Made by a program: the position numbers and the translations under genes. A DNA stretch of 64,000 nt. Source: Alphaproteobacteria bacterium. Its GTDB lineage: Bacteria; Pseudomonadota; Alphaproteobacteria; Bin95. Below are positions 42,884 through 52,237 of this stretch, piece after piece (positions within the stretch are counted from its first letter, which is position 1; each line of letters starts with the position of its first letter). The notes under the pieces were generated by a model. The model searched no databases and had not been told where the DNA came from. It worked only from the letters and a program-made list of their open reading frames with translations. The stretch lies in assembly GCA_965205265.1 (NCBI GenBank), contig CBDBGH010000003.1, positions 4,576,001-4,640,000 of the forward strand, given 5' to 3'.

Positions 42884-42913
42884 CTTGTGTGAAGCCGCTC
42901 ATTCAGGCCGGCC

Positions 42914-43414
42914 ATGAACAAGACCGACCAGCTGCAGATCCGTGTCAGCCCCGTGGACAAGGCGCGAATCCGCGCGCGGGCGGAAGAGGCCGGCATGACG
43001 GTATCGAACTGGGTCCTGACCCGCCTGTTTCCTCCCGCCGAAGAGAAATTCCAGGCAGCGTTCCGCGCGCTCGCGGAAAATCCCGGCAAGCGTTCCTATG
43101 CGCTCGCGGCGATCCACGATCTTCTGGCCGGCCTCACCGGAGAGCAGTTGACGGAAGCGCTCCGCCGGCCGCCGGAGGCGGGCCTGTCCCCTCTGGACGC
43201 CAACTATGTGTGCGCGATGGTCGAGTATGCATGCCTGTCGCTGCACGGCGTGGCGCCTCCGGCATGGACGAGGGATGTCCCGCCGCTGAAGGAGCCGTGG
43301 TTCGCCAACTCCTTCGGGAGCGCGCCGATGCGGCTCTACCTGCTGACCCGGTCGCCGCCGCCATACCGGCGCCGGAACCTGTTCGTCGACTCCGTCCCGG
43401 GGGATCGCGTCTGA
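42914..43414 (+). CDS. Ribbon-helix-helix protein, putative antitoxin
   Basis: N-terminal LQIRVSPVDKARIRARAEEAGMTVSNWV; C-terminal PPAW..PWF..SP..RRRNLFV; TGATG coupling to next gene. Confidence 0.65.
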   Translation: MNKTDQLQIRVSPVDKARIRARAEEAGMTVSNWVLTRLFPPAEEKFQAAFRALAENPGKRSYALAAIHDLLAGLTGEQLTEALRRPPEAGLSPLDANYVCAMVEYACLSLHGVAPPAWTRDVPPLKEPWFANSFGSAPMRLYLLTRSPPPYRRRNLFVDSVPGDRV

Positions 43415-43953
43415 TGGAGGAACTGTCGAAACGGGACATCGAGGCTCTCTTCGGGCAGCTGAACGAGGAACTCGGGCGCAGAGGGGTCACGGGCGAGGTG
43501 TATCTGGTCGGCGGGGCGGTCATGTGCCTCGTTTTCGACCTGCGCGAATCGACAAAAGACGTGTACGCCTTCTTCCGCCCGGCCAGGGAAGTAAGGGAGG
43601 CGGCGCGAAGCATCGCCCTCGATTACGGCGTCTCCGGCGACTGGCTCAACGATGCCGTCAAGGGATATCTGGGCGAACATCCCGACTTCCGCCCCTACCT
43701 GGACCTCCCCCATCTGCGGATCATGACGGCCGCGCCCGAATACCTGTTGGCAATGAAGTGCCTCGCCATGCGCATCGGGGAGGAGTCCCGCGACGCGGAA
43801 GACGTGCGCTTCCTCCTGCGCTACCTGAATTTCACGGAGAGCGCCGCCGCGCTTGAGGCGGTGGGCCGCTACTATCCTTTGGAGAGAGTCCCGCAAATGG
43901 CGCTCTACGCGCTTGAGGAAATGCTGGCCGGTTCGGGCCCCAGAAGCGGCTGA
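43414..43953 (+). CDS. Nucleotidyltransferase (DUF6036/AbiEii-like), putative toxin
   Basis: YLVGGAVM, RESTKDVY, WLND, LLAMK, R..D..D motifs. Confidence 0.75.
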   Translation: MEELSKRDIEALFGQLNEELGRRGVTGEVYLVGGAVMCLVFDLRESTKDVYAFFRPAREVREAARSIALDYGVSGDWLNDAVKGYLGEHPDFRPYLDLPHLRIMTAAPEYLLAMKCLAMRIGEESRDAEDVRFLLRYLNFTESAAALEAVGRYYPLERVPQMALYALEEMLAGSGPRSG

Positions 43954-44049
43954 TTCGACGCCGGCTCTCCCGAACATCGCCTATCGTGACGCATCGTGCC
44001 GCGCGCTATGCTGGCCGGGACATCTGCGCGAAGCGGGGGAGACGGGGAC

Positions 44050-44817
44050 ATGGCGGAAATGCTGGCGGGCAAGGCGGCGCTGATTACGGGGGGCGCGAAC
44101 GGCATCGGGCGGGCGACGGCGCTGCTCTTCGCCGAGGAGGGTGCGCGGGTGGCCGCCGCCGACCTCAATCTCGAAGGCGCGGAGGAGACCGCCGCCATAA
44201 TCCGCGAGGCAGGCGGCGAGGCGATTGCGCTTTCCGTCGAGGTCAGCGACGCGGAGCAGGTCGAGGCGATGGTGGATGCGACCGTGGAGGCCTTCGGGCG
44301 GATCGACTGCGCCTTCAACAATGCCGGCATCGCGCCGGTCAATGTCGGCAACAACGCCAAACGGACCCATAGCTGGTCGGAGGAAGGCTTCGACCGCATG
44401 ATCGAGGTCAACCTCAAGGGCGTGTGGCTCTGCATGAAAAGCGAGATCGGGCGGATGCTGGAGACGGGCGGCGGGGCCATCGTCAACACCTCCTCCATCG
44501 CGGGGCTCGCCGGCCTGCCGACCTCGTCGGGCTATGTCGCGGCCAAGCACGGCGTCTCCGGGCTCACCCGCACCGCCGGCATCGAATACGCCACCGACAA
44601 TATCCGCGTGAACGCCGTCTGCCCCGGCTTCATCGCCACCGACATGACCCGCGAGGTCATGTCCCGGCGCGGCAACGAGCTCATGGCCCTGGTGCCGGCG
44701 CGGCGCATGGGCGAGGCGCGGGAGATCGCCGAGATGGTCTGCTGGCTCTGCTCGGACCGCTCGGGCTTCGTCACCGGGGCCACCTACAATGTCGATGGCG
44801 GCTACATGGCGTCCTGA
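44050..44817 (+). CDS. SDR-family oxidoreductase (paralogue 1)
   Basis: TGGANGIG, FNNAG, YVAAKH. Confidence 0.92.
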   Translation: MAEMLAGKAALITGGANGIGRATALLFAEEGARVAAADLNLEGAEETAAIIREAGGEAIALSVEVSDAEQVEAMVDATVEAFGRIDCAFNNAGIAPVNVGNNAKRTHSWSEEGFDRMIEVNLKGVWLCMKSEIGRMLETGGGAIVNTSSIAGLAGLPTSSGYVAAKHGVSGLTRTAGIEYATDNIRVNAVCPGFIATDMTREVMSRRGNELMALVPARRMGEAREIAEMVCWLCSDRSGFVTGATYNVDGGYMAS

Positions 44818-44848
44818 CGGGCGGAACGGAACGGGGGAGACAAGGGAC

Positions 44849-45619
44849 ATGGCCGGAATGCTGGCGGGCAAGGCGGCGCTGATTACCGGGGCCGGGAACG
44901 GCATCGGGCGGGCGACGGCGCTGCTCTTCGCCGAGGAGGGCGCGCGGGTGGCCGCCGCCGACCTCAACCTCGAACGGGCAGAGGAGACCGCCACCGCGAT
45001 CCGCGAGGCGGGCGGCGAGGCGGTGGCGCTTGGGGTCGAGGTTGTCGAAGCCGAGCAGGTCGAGGCGATGCTGGAGGCGGCGGCCCGGGCCTTCGGGCGG
45101 ATCGACTGCGCCTTCAACAATGCCGGCATCGGACCGGCCAATCTCGACCATTTCGGCCGGCGTACCCATGAATGGACCGAGGACGGCTTCGACCGCATGA
45201 TCGCGGTCAACCTCAAGGGTGTGTGGCTCTGCATGAAGGGCGAAATCGAGCGGATGAAGGCGGACGGGGGCGGCGGGGCCATCGTCAACACCTCCTCGGT
45301 CGCGGGCCTGCTCGGCCTGCCGGGCGGCAGCGCCTATGTGGCGGCCAAGCACGCCGTCTCGGGGCTGACGCGCACCGCCGGCATCGAATACGCCTCGGAC
45401 GGCATCCGCGTGAACGCCGTCTGTCCCGGCTATATCGCGACCGACATGACGCGCGAGGTACGCGCCCGGCGGGGCAACGAGCTCATGAACCGCGTGCCGG
45501 CGCGCCGCATGGGCGAAGCGCAGGAGATCGCCGAGATGGTCTGCTGGCTCTGCTCCGAGCGCTCCAGCTACGTCACCGGCGCCACCTACAATGTCGATGG
45601 CGGCTACGTGGCGTCGTGA
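44849..45619 (+). CDS. SDR-family oxidoreductase (paralogue 2)
   Basis: TGAGNGIG, FNNAG, YVAAKH; closely similar to the upstream gene. Confidence 0.92.
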   Translation: MAGMLAGKAALITGAGNGIGRATALLFAEEGARVAAADLNLERAEETATAIREAGGEAVALGVEVVEAEQVEAMLEAAARAFGRIDCAFNNAGIGPANLDHFGRRTHEWTEDGFDRMIAVNLKGVWLCMKGEIERMKADGGGGAIVNTSSVAGLLGLPGGSAYVAAKHAVSGLTRTAGIEYASDGIRVNAVCPGYIATDMTREVRARRGNELMNRVPARRMGEAQEIAEMVCWLCSERSSYVTGATYNVDGGYVAS

Positions 45620-45689
45620 GCCTCTGCCCTATCCGGTCCCGAAGGGAGCGCCGCCCCGCCTTGACAAGAGGGGAAGCCCCCGGCTAACC

Positions 45690-45708
45690 GGGTTACAAAG
45701 GCGTCACC
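45690..45708 (+). promoter_or_regulatory. Possible Pho box
   Basis: GTTAC (45692) and GTCAC (45703) at 11-bp spacing upstream of phnG; weak match. Confidence 0.3.
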
Positions 45709-45754
45709 GGGCTTTGCTCTCATAAGCGCCGGGCAAGCTGGAGCGGCAGGACCC

Positions 45755-46222
45755 ATGCCGACCTCGACCGGTTCGGACCCGCAGATTGCGGCGCGGCAGC
45801 GATGGATGGGCATTCTCGCCAGGGCGGAAGACGGCGCGCTGGAAGCCGCCTGGACCGGTCTGGCCGAACGGCCCGAATACCGGGTCCTGCGAGCGCCGGA
45901 GACCGGACTCGTCATGGTGCGCGGGCGCATGGGCGGCACGGGAAGCGCCTTCAACATGGGCGAGATGAGCGCCACGCGCTGCGCCGTGCAGCTGGAGGGC
46001 GGCACGGTCGGCATCGCCTGGGTCGCCGGGCGCAGCGCCCGCCATGCCGAGCTGGCGGCGGCCTTCGACGCCCTGCTCCAGCAGCCGGAGCGCCGCGGCG
46101 GGCTGGAGGAAACGGTAATCGCTCCCCTTGAATCGGCCGAGCGCGCCCGGCGCGAGGAGGACCGCGCGAACGCCGCCAGCTCGCGGGTCGAGTTCTTCAC
46201 CATGGCGCGGGAGCGGGAGTGA
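45755..46222 (+). CDS. phnG: C-P lyase subunit PhnG
   Basis: RQRWMGILA, PETGLVMVRGRMGGTG, FNMGE, VEFFTM. Confidence 0.95.
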   Translation: MPTSTGSDPQIAARQRWMGILARAEDGALEAAWTGLAERPEYRVLRAPETGLVMVRGRMGGTGSAFNMGEMSATRCAVQLEGGTVGIAWVAGRSARHAELAAAFDALLQQPERRGGLEETVIAPLESAERARREEDRANAASSRVEFFTMARERE

Positions 46223-46833
46223 GGCCCGTGGCGGCGGCAGGCAACGGATCGGCACTCCGGCCCGGCTTCCTTGCCCCGGTGGCGGACAGCCAGCAGGTGT
46301 TCCGCCGCGTGCTCCGGGCGATGTCCGAGCCCGGCTCCCTGCAGAATATCGCGGTCGATCTGGCCCCGCCCGCTCCCCTCGACCGCGCGACCGCCGCTCT
46401 CTGCCTGACCCTGCTGGATTTCGAGACGCCGGTCTGGCTGGACGCGGCGGCGGATGGCGAGGAGTTGCGGGCCTGGCTCCGCTTCCATTGCGGCTGTCCG
46501 CTCGTGGAGGAGACGGGCGCCGCGCGCTTCGCCGTCGCGGCCGCCCCGGCGGATATGCCGGCGCTCGGTGCGTTCCCGCTCGGCTCCGAGGCCTATCCGG
46601 ACGAGAGCGCGACCGTCATCCTCCAGGTCCCGTGCTTGGAATCCGGCGAAGCGGTCACGCTTCGCGGCCCCGGAATCGAGGATTGCCGGGAGTTTCGCGC
46701 GGCCGGCATTGCCGGGGGCTTCTGGAAGCAGCGCCGCGAGATGGAGGCGCTGTTTCCGCAGGGCGTGGACCTCGTGTTCGCATCGGGCGCGAGCCTCGCG
46801 GCCGTGCCGCGCTCCACAGAGGTGAGGTTCTGA
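46219..46833 (+). CDS. phnH: C-P lyase subunit PhnH
   Basis: SQQVFR..AMSEPG, WLRFHCG, YPDESAT, LRGPGI, FPQGVD. Confidence 0.95.
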   Translation: MRPVAAAGNGSALRPGFLAPVADSQQVFRRVLRAMSEPGSLQNIAVDLAPPAPLDRATAALCLTLLDFETPVWLDAAADGEELRAWLRFHCGCPLVEETGAARFAVAAAPADMPALGAFPLGSEAYPDESATVILQVPCLESGEAVTLRGPGIEDCREFRAAGIAGGFWKQRREMEALFPQGVDLVFASGASLAAVPRSTEVRF

Positions 46834-46834
46834 G

Positions 46835-47941
46835 ATGTATGTCGCGGTCAAGGGCGGCGAGAAGGCCATAGAGGCGTCCCACCGCCTGCTGGACGAGGCG
46901 CGGCGCGGCGACCCGTCCGTGCCGGAGGTCTCGACCCGGCAGATCGCGGAGCAACTGGGGCTCGCCGTGGACCGGGTGATGGCCGAAGGCTCGCTCTACG
47001 ACCGGGAGCTTGCGGCGCTTGCGATCAAGCAGGCGCAGGGAGACCTGATCGAAGCCGTCTTCCTGCTGCGCGCCTATCGCACGACCCTGCCGCGCCTCGG
47101 CAACAGCGAACCCGTCGATACCGCCCGCATGGCGATCCGCCGGCGGATTTCCGCCACCTTCAAGGACATTCCGGGCGGCCAGATTCTCGGGCCCACCTAC
47201 GACTACACGCACCGCCTGCTGGATTTCCGGCTCGCCGGCGAGGGCGGGTCGGGCGACGCCGCGGCCCCGGCGGAACGGGCGGATGCGCCGGCCGGGGAGC
47301 CGATGCCCCGCGTCGCGGACCTGCTGGGCCATGAGGGCCTGATCGAGGAGGAAGCCGCCCCGGACGCCGGGGAGGCCCCGCCGACGGACATCACAAGGGA
47401 GCCGCTCAGATTCCCCGCCGGGCGCGATGCACGGCTTCAGACACTGGCGCGCGGCGATGAGGGCTTCCTGCTTGCACTCGGCTATTCGAGCCAGCGCGGC
47501 TTCTCGAACAACCACCCCTTCGCCGGGGAAATCCGCTACGGGACGGTCGCGGTGGAGATCGTGCCGGAGGAGCTCGGCTTCGCCGTCGAGATCGGCGACA
47601 TCGAAGTGACCGAAGTGCAGATGATCAACCAGTTCAGGGGCAGCGCCGAAGCGCCGCCGCAATTCACGCGGGGATACGGGCTCGTCTTCGGCCACCAGGA
47701 GCGCAAGGCCATGTCGATGGCGCTGGTGGACCGCGCGCTCCGCGCAGCCGAGCTCGACGAAGCGGCGGTCTCCCCGGCGCAGGACGAGGAGTTCGTCCTC
47801 TATCACAGCGACAATGTCGAGGCGTCGGGCTTCGTGCAGCACCTGAAGCTGCCGCATTACGTGGACTTCCAGTCGGAGCTCGAATTGCTGCGGAAGCTCC
47901 GGGCCGAGTTCGAAGCCCCGCCTGCCGAGGCGGCGGAGTAG
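46835..47941 (+). CDS. phnI: C-P lyase subunit PhnI
   Basis: MYVAVKGGEKAI, LRAYRTTLPR, GFVQHLKLPHYVDFQ. Confidence 0.97.
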   Translation: MYVAVKGGEKAIEASHRLLDEARRGDPSVPEVSTRQIAEQLGLAVDRVMAEGSLYDRELAALAIKQAQGDLIEAVFLLRAYRTTLPRLGNSEPVDTARMAIRRRISATFKDIPGGQILGPTYDYTHRLLDFRLAGEGGSGDAAAPAERADAPAGEPMPRVADLLGHEGLIEEEAAPDAGEAPPTDITREPLRFPAGRDARLQTLARGDEGFLLALGYSSQRGFSNNHPFAGEIRYGTVAVEIVPEELGFAVEIGDIEVTEVQMINQFRGSAEAPPQFTRGYGLVFGHQERKAMSMALVDRALRAAELDEAAVSPAQDEEFVLYHSDNVEASGFVQHLKLPHYVDFQSELELLRKLRAEFEAPPAEAAE

Positions 47942-47947
47942 GCGCGG

Positions 47948-48868
47948 ATGGCGACGAGCGAAACATCTCCCGGCCCCGATGCCGCCCGGCCGGCGGAAGA
48001 CGGTTACAACTTCGCCTATCTCGACGAGCAGACCAAGCGGATGATCCGCCGGGCGATCCTCAAGGCCGTCGCCATTCCGGGATACCAGGTGCCCTTCGGC
48101 AGCCGCGAAATGCCCCTTCCCTTCGGCTGGGGCACCGGCGGCATCCAGATCACGGCCAGCATCATCGGAGCCGACGACACGCTCAAGGTCATCGACCAGG
48201 GCGCGGACGATACGGTGAATGCGGTCAGCATCCGCAAATTCTTCGCGCGGACGGCCGGCGTCGAAACCACGGAGCGGACGGAGGCCGCCACCATCGTCCA
48301 AACCCGCCACCGCATACCGGAAACGCCGCTCGGGGCCGGCCAGATCCTCGTTTACCAGGTGCCGATTCCGGAGCCGCTGCGCTGGCTGGAACCGAGGGAG
48401 GCGGAGACGCGCAAGATGCACGCGCTCGAGGAATACGGCGTCATGCATGTCCGCCTCTATGAAGACATTGCGCGCTTCGGCCATATCGCCACCTCCTACG
48501 ACTATCCGGTGCGGGTGAACGCCCGCTACCTGATGCGGCCCTCGCCGATTCCCAAATTCGACAATCCGAAGATGGACCGCTCTCCGGCGCTGCAATTGTT
48601 CGGCGCGGGCCGCGAGAAACGCATCTACGCCATCCCGCCGCATACCGGGGTGCGGAGCCTCGATTTCGACGACCACCCGTTCGAGGTCCAGAAATGGGAG
48701 GATGTGTGCGCGCTTTGCGGGTCGGGCGAGAGCTTCCTCGACGAGATCGTCACCGACGACCGGGGCGGGCGCATGTTCGTGTGCTCGGACACCGACTATT
48801 GCACCAGGCGCCGCGAAGCCGGACACGCCGGCCCCGCCGCCCGGGACCCGGAAGGGGGCGGGGCGTAG
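47948..48868 (+). CDS. phnJ: C-P lyase radical SAM subunit PhnJ
   Basis: YNFAYLDEQTKR, GWGTGG, CALC..FVCSDTDYC. Confidence 0.97.
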   Translation: MATSETSPGPDAARPAEDGYNFAYLDEQTKRMIRRAILKAVAIPGYQVPFGSREMPLPFGWGTGGIQITASIIGADDTLKVIDQGADDTVNAVSIRKFFARTAGVETTERTEAATIVQTRHRIPETPLGAGQILVYQVPIPEPLRWLEPREAETRKMHALEEYGVMHVRLYEDIARFGHIATSYDYPVRVNARYLMRPSPIPKFDNPKMDRSPALQLFGAGREKRIYAIPPHTGVRSLDFDDHPFEVQKWEDVCALCGSGESFLDEIVTDDRGGRMFVCSDTDYCTRRREAGHAGPAARDPEGGGA

Positions 48869-48890
48869 TGTCCTGTCTGCACACGCCCTT

Positions 48891-48976
48891 CGTCATGCCC
48901 GGACTTGTTCCGGGCATCTCCCTCGGGGCAGGCGCGGCAGCGGAAATGGATGCCCGGAACAAGTCCGGGCATGACG
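48891..48976. repeat. REP-type palindrome with 28-bp perfect inverted arms
   Basis: CGTCATGCCCGGACTTGTTCCGGGCATC and its exact reverse complement at 48949-48976. Confidence 0.88.
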
Positions 48977-49037
48977 GGATGGGGACGCCGGGATGGCCGT
49001 TCTGCGATGCAACGCATTTCAATTCCGGTACACCAGC

Positions 49038-49820
49038 ATGATGCCGGAGGCGCCACCGCTTCTCTCCGCCCGGGGCGTGACCAGATTCTATGGCGGCATC
49101 CTCGGCTGCCGCGATGTGTCGTTCGACATCTGGCCGGGCGAGGTGCTGGGCATTGTCGGCGAGTCCGGCTCTGGCAAGACGACGGTGCTGAACTGCATTT
49201 CCGCCCGCCTCGAACCCACTTCGGGAACGGTCGAATACGCCACGAGGCATGACGGTCCGGCCGACATCTACCGCATCGGCGAGCCTGCCCGGCGCCTGCT
49301 CATGCGCACGGACTGGGGGTTCGTCCACCAGAACCCGCTGGAGGGCCTGCGCATGGATGTGAGCGCAGGCGCCAATATCGGCGAGCGCCTGATGGCCGTC
49401 GGCGCCCGCCATTACGGCGATATCCGGCGGGCCGCCACCGACTGGCTCGACAAGGTCGAGATGGATACGGGGCGCATGGACGACCTGCCGCTGACCTTTT
49501 CGGGCGGCATGCAGCAGCGCCTCCAGATTGCGCGCAATCTGGTGACCGCGCCGCGCATCGTGTTCATGGACGAGCCCACGGGCGGGCTCGATGTGTCCGT
49601 CCAGGCGCGGCTGCTGGACCTCTTGCGCGGCCTGGTCTCGGACCTCGGGCTGGCGGCCGTCATCGTCACGCACGACCTGGCCGTGGCGCGGCTTCTGTCG
49701 CACCGCCTGCTCGTCATGCGCCGGGGCGAGGTTGTGGAGTCCGGGCTGACCGACCAGGTGCTCGACGACCCGCAGCACCCTTATTCGCAACTCCTCGTGT
49801 CTTCGGTGCTCCATCCGTGA
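49038..49820 (+). CDS. phnK: C-P lyase ABC-type subunit PhnK
   Basis: GESGSGKT, RTDWGFVHQ, GARHYG, FSGGMQQR, GLTDQVLDDPQHPY. Confidence 0.95.
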   Translation: MMPEAPPLLSARGVTRFYGGILGCRDVSFDIWPGEVLGIVGESGSGKTTVLNCISARLEPTSGTVEYATRHDGPADIYRIGEPARRLLMRTDWGFVHQNPLEGLRMDVSAGANIGERLMAVGARHYGDIRRAATDWLDKVEMDTGRMDDLPLTFSGGMQQRLQIARNLVTAPRIVFMDEPTGGLDVSVQARLLDLLRGLVSDLGLAAVIVTHDLAVARLLSHRLLVMRRGEVVESGLTDQVLDDPQHPYSQLLVSSVLHP

Positions 49821-49839
49821 GCGGGAAAGGCGGCATGTT

Positions 49840-50538
49840 TTGACGGCGGCGATCCGGATCGAGGGCCTGGCGAAGTCCTTCACCCTGCACAACCAGGGGG
49901 GCGTGCGCCTTTCCGTGCTGGCGGGCTTCGACCTCGCCGTGGAGCCGGGCGAGTGCGTGGCGCTTCACGGGCCCTCGGGTATCGGCAAGAGCACGGTGCT
50001 CCGCTGCATCTACGGCAACTACCGGGCCGACGGGGGGCGCATCCTCCTCAGCCATCGGGGCGGGATCGTGGACATGGCGGCGGCGCATCCGCGCGAAATC
50101 ATCGCCGTGCGCCATGAGACTCTCGGCCATGTCAGCCAGTTCCTGCGCGTGATCCCGCGCGTCGCGGCCGAGGACGTGGTCGCCGAAACCCTGCGCAATC
50201 GGGGCGCGGACCGGGAACATGCAACGGAAGCGGCGCGCGCCATGCTGCGGCGCCTCAACATTCCGGCCGCGCTGCACCGGCTGGCGCCGGCGACCTTCTC
50301 CGGCGGCGAACAGCAGCGGGTCAACCTCGCGCGCGTCTTCGTCGCCGACTATCCCGTGCTGCTGCTGGACGAACCGACCGCGTCGCTCGACAGGGAAAAC
50401 CGGGACGCCGCGATCGGCCTCATCCGCGAGGCCGTCCGGCGCGGTGCTGCGATTGTCGGTATTTTCCACGATTCGGGGGTGCGGGACGCCGTGGCGACGC
50501 GGACCGTGCCCCTCTCCGCCGCAAGGGAGGCGGCATGA
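49840..50538 (+). CDS. phnL: C-P lyase subunit PhnL
   Basis: KSFTLHNQ, GPSGIGKS, VSQFLRVIPR, FSGGEQQR, GIFHD. Confidence 0.95.
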   Translation: MTAAIRIEGLAKSFTLHNQGGVRLSVLAGFDLAVEPGECVALHGPSGIGKSTVLRCIYGNYRADGGRILLSHRGGIVDMAAAHPREIIAVRHETLGHVSQFLRVIPRVAAEDVVAETLRNRGADREHATEAARAMLRRLNIPAALHRLAPATFSGGEQQRVNLARVFVADYPVLLLDEPTASLDRENRDAAIGLIREAVRRGAAIVGIFHDSGVRDAVATRTVPLSAAREAA

Positions 50539-51674
50539 TGGCAGGCCTGACCGTTACCAATGCCCGGATCGTCACGCGGGACGAAATCGTGTCCGGCACC
50601 GTCGAGGTGGCTGACGGCCGGTTCTCGGCTGTCGGCGAAGGCTCCGTCGGCTCCGGCGCGGCGCTCGACTTCGAAGGCGATTACCTGCTGCCCGGCCTCG
50701 TCGAGCTCCACACGGACAATCTCGAACGCCAATTCACGCCGCGTCCCGGCGTCGAGTGGCCCGCGGAGACGGCAGTGCTGGCCCATGACAGCCAACTCGC
50801 CGCCGCCGGAATCACGACGGCGCTCGACACCGTGCGGATCGGCGGCGGCGACAAGGCCCGCCCGAAACATCTTACGGGCATGGCGGATGCCGTGAAGGCG
50901 GCGGCGCGGTGGGGCGTGCTGCGCGCCGAGCATTTTCTGCACTTGCGGTGCGAGGTCTCCAGTCCGGGCCTGATGGAACGCTTCCGGCCCTTCATGGACG
51001 ACCCCATGGTCCGCTTGGTTTCCCTGATGGACCACACGCCCGGACAAAGGCAGTTCGTCGATCTCGACAAGCACCGCGAGTATTACCAGGGCCGCTACGG
51101 CCTGAACGACGATGAGATGGACGATTATGTGAAGGCCAAGCAACAGGCGCAGCAGCAGTTCAGCGCCCGCCACCGGACGATGGTCGTCCAGGCGCTGGAG
51201 GGCCGGAACATCGCTCTGGCAAGCCATGACGACGCGACCGTCGAGCATATCGAGGAGTCGGTGCGCGACGGCGTCGCCATCGCCGAATTCCCGACCCGGC
51301 TCGAAGCCGCCGAAGCGGCGCGGCGTCACGGCCTCGCCGTGTTGATGGGCGCGCCCAACCTGGTGCTCGGCGGCTCGCATTCGGGCAACGCCTCCGCTCT
51401 CGACCTTGCCGTTTCGGGCCTGCTGGACATGCTGTCGTCCGACTATGTGCCGTCGAGCACGCTCCAGGGCGTGTTCCTGCTGCGCAACGGCATCCCGGAC
51501 ATGACGCTTCCCCGCGCGGCCAGGGTGGCGACGGCCAATCCCGCGCGGGCGGTCGGGCTGGAGGACCGGGGCGAGATTGCGGAAGGCAAGCGGGCGGACT
51601 TCATCCGCGTCAGGGAGGTCGAGGGCGTTGCGGTCGTGCGCGGCACATGGCGCGAAGGACAGCGGGTCGTCTAG
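50535..51674 (+). CDS. phnM: Ribose-phosphonate triphosphate diphosphatase PhnM
   Basis: ELHTDNLE, HLRCE, MDHTPGQRQF, ASHDD, GSHSGN, SSDYVP. Confidence 0.96.
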   Translation: MMAGLTVTNARIVTRDEIVSGTVEVADGRFSAVGEGSVGSGAALDFEGDYLLPGLVELHTDNLERQFTPRPGVEWPAETAVLAHDSQLAAAGITTALDTVRIGGGDKARPKHLTGMADAVKAAARWGVLRAEHFLHLRCEVSSPGLMERFRPFMDDPMVRLVSLMDHTPGQRQFVDLDKHREYYQGRYGLNDDEMDDYVKAKQQAQQQFSARHRTMVVQALEGRNIALASHDDATVEHIEESVRDGVAIAEFPTRLEAAEAARRHGLAVLMGAPNLVLGGSHSGNASALDLAVSGLLDMLSSDYVPSSTLQGVFLLRNGIPDMTLPRAARVATANPARAVGLEDRGEIAEGKRADFIRVREVEGVAVVRGTWREGQRVV

Positions 51675-51691
51675 GCGGGAGCGAGGGGCGT

Positions 51692-52237
51692 ATGCCGGCA
51701 GTGGACCGTATTGTGGAAATTCTCGAGACCAACGGCGCGGCGCAGTATGGCGACGAAGCCGTCAGCCAGCTTCAGCATGCCCTGCAATGCGCACATCTTG
51801 CGGAACGATCGGGCGCGCCGGATTCGCTCGTGGCCGCGGCGCTGCTGCATGACTTCGGGCACCTGATCCACAAGCTCGGCGAGGACGCCGCCGTGCGGGG
51901 CATCGACGACCGCCACGAAGCGCTGGGGCGCAAATATCTGGCCCGCTGGTTCGACGAGGACGTAACCGCTCCCATCGGGCTGCATGTCGACGCCAAGCGC
52001 TATCTTTGCGCAACGGAACCGGCCTATTTCGATACCCTGTCGCCCGCTTCCGTGCAAAGCCTGGAGCTGCAGGGCGGCCCCTTCAGCGAGGCCGAAGCTG
52101 CCGCCTTCATCGCACAGCCTCATGCGCAGGATGCGCTCGCCCTGCGCCGCTGGGACGAGCAGGCCAAGGACCCCGGGGCGGTCACGCCGGGCCTTGAGCG
52201 CTATCGTCCGTGCATCGAGGCCTCGATCCGGCATTGA
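51692..52237 (+). CDS. HD-domain oxygenase (PhnZ/TmpB-like)
   Basis: YGDEAVSQLQHALQCA, LLHDFGH, HE, HVDAKRYL, SLELQGGP, LRRWDEQAK. Confidence 0.88.
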   Translation: MPAVDRIVEILETNGAAQYGDEAVSQLQHALQCAHLAERSGAPDSLVAAALLHDFGHLIHKLGEDAAVRGIDDRHEALGRKYLARWFDEDVTAPIGLHVDAKRYLCATEPAYFDTLSPASVQSLELQGGPFSEAEAAAFIAQPHAQDALALRRWDEQAKDPGAVTPGLERYRPCIEASIRH

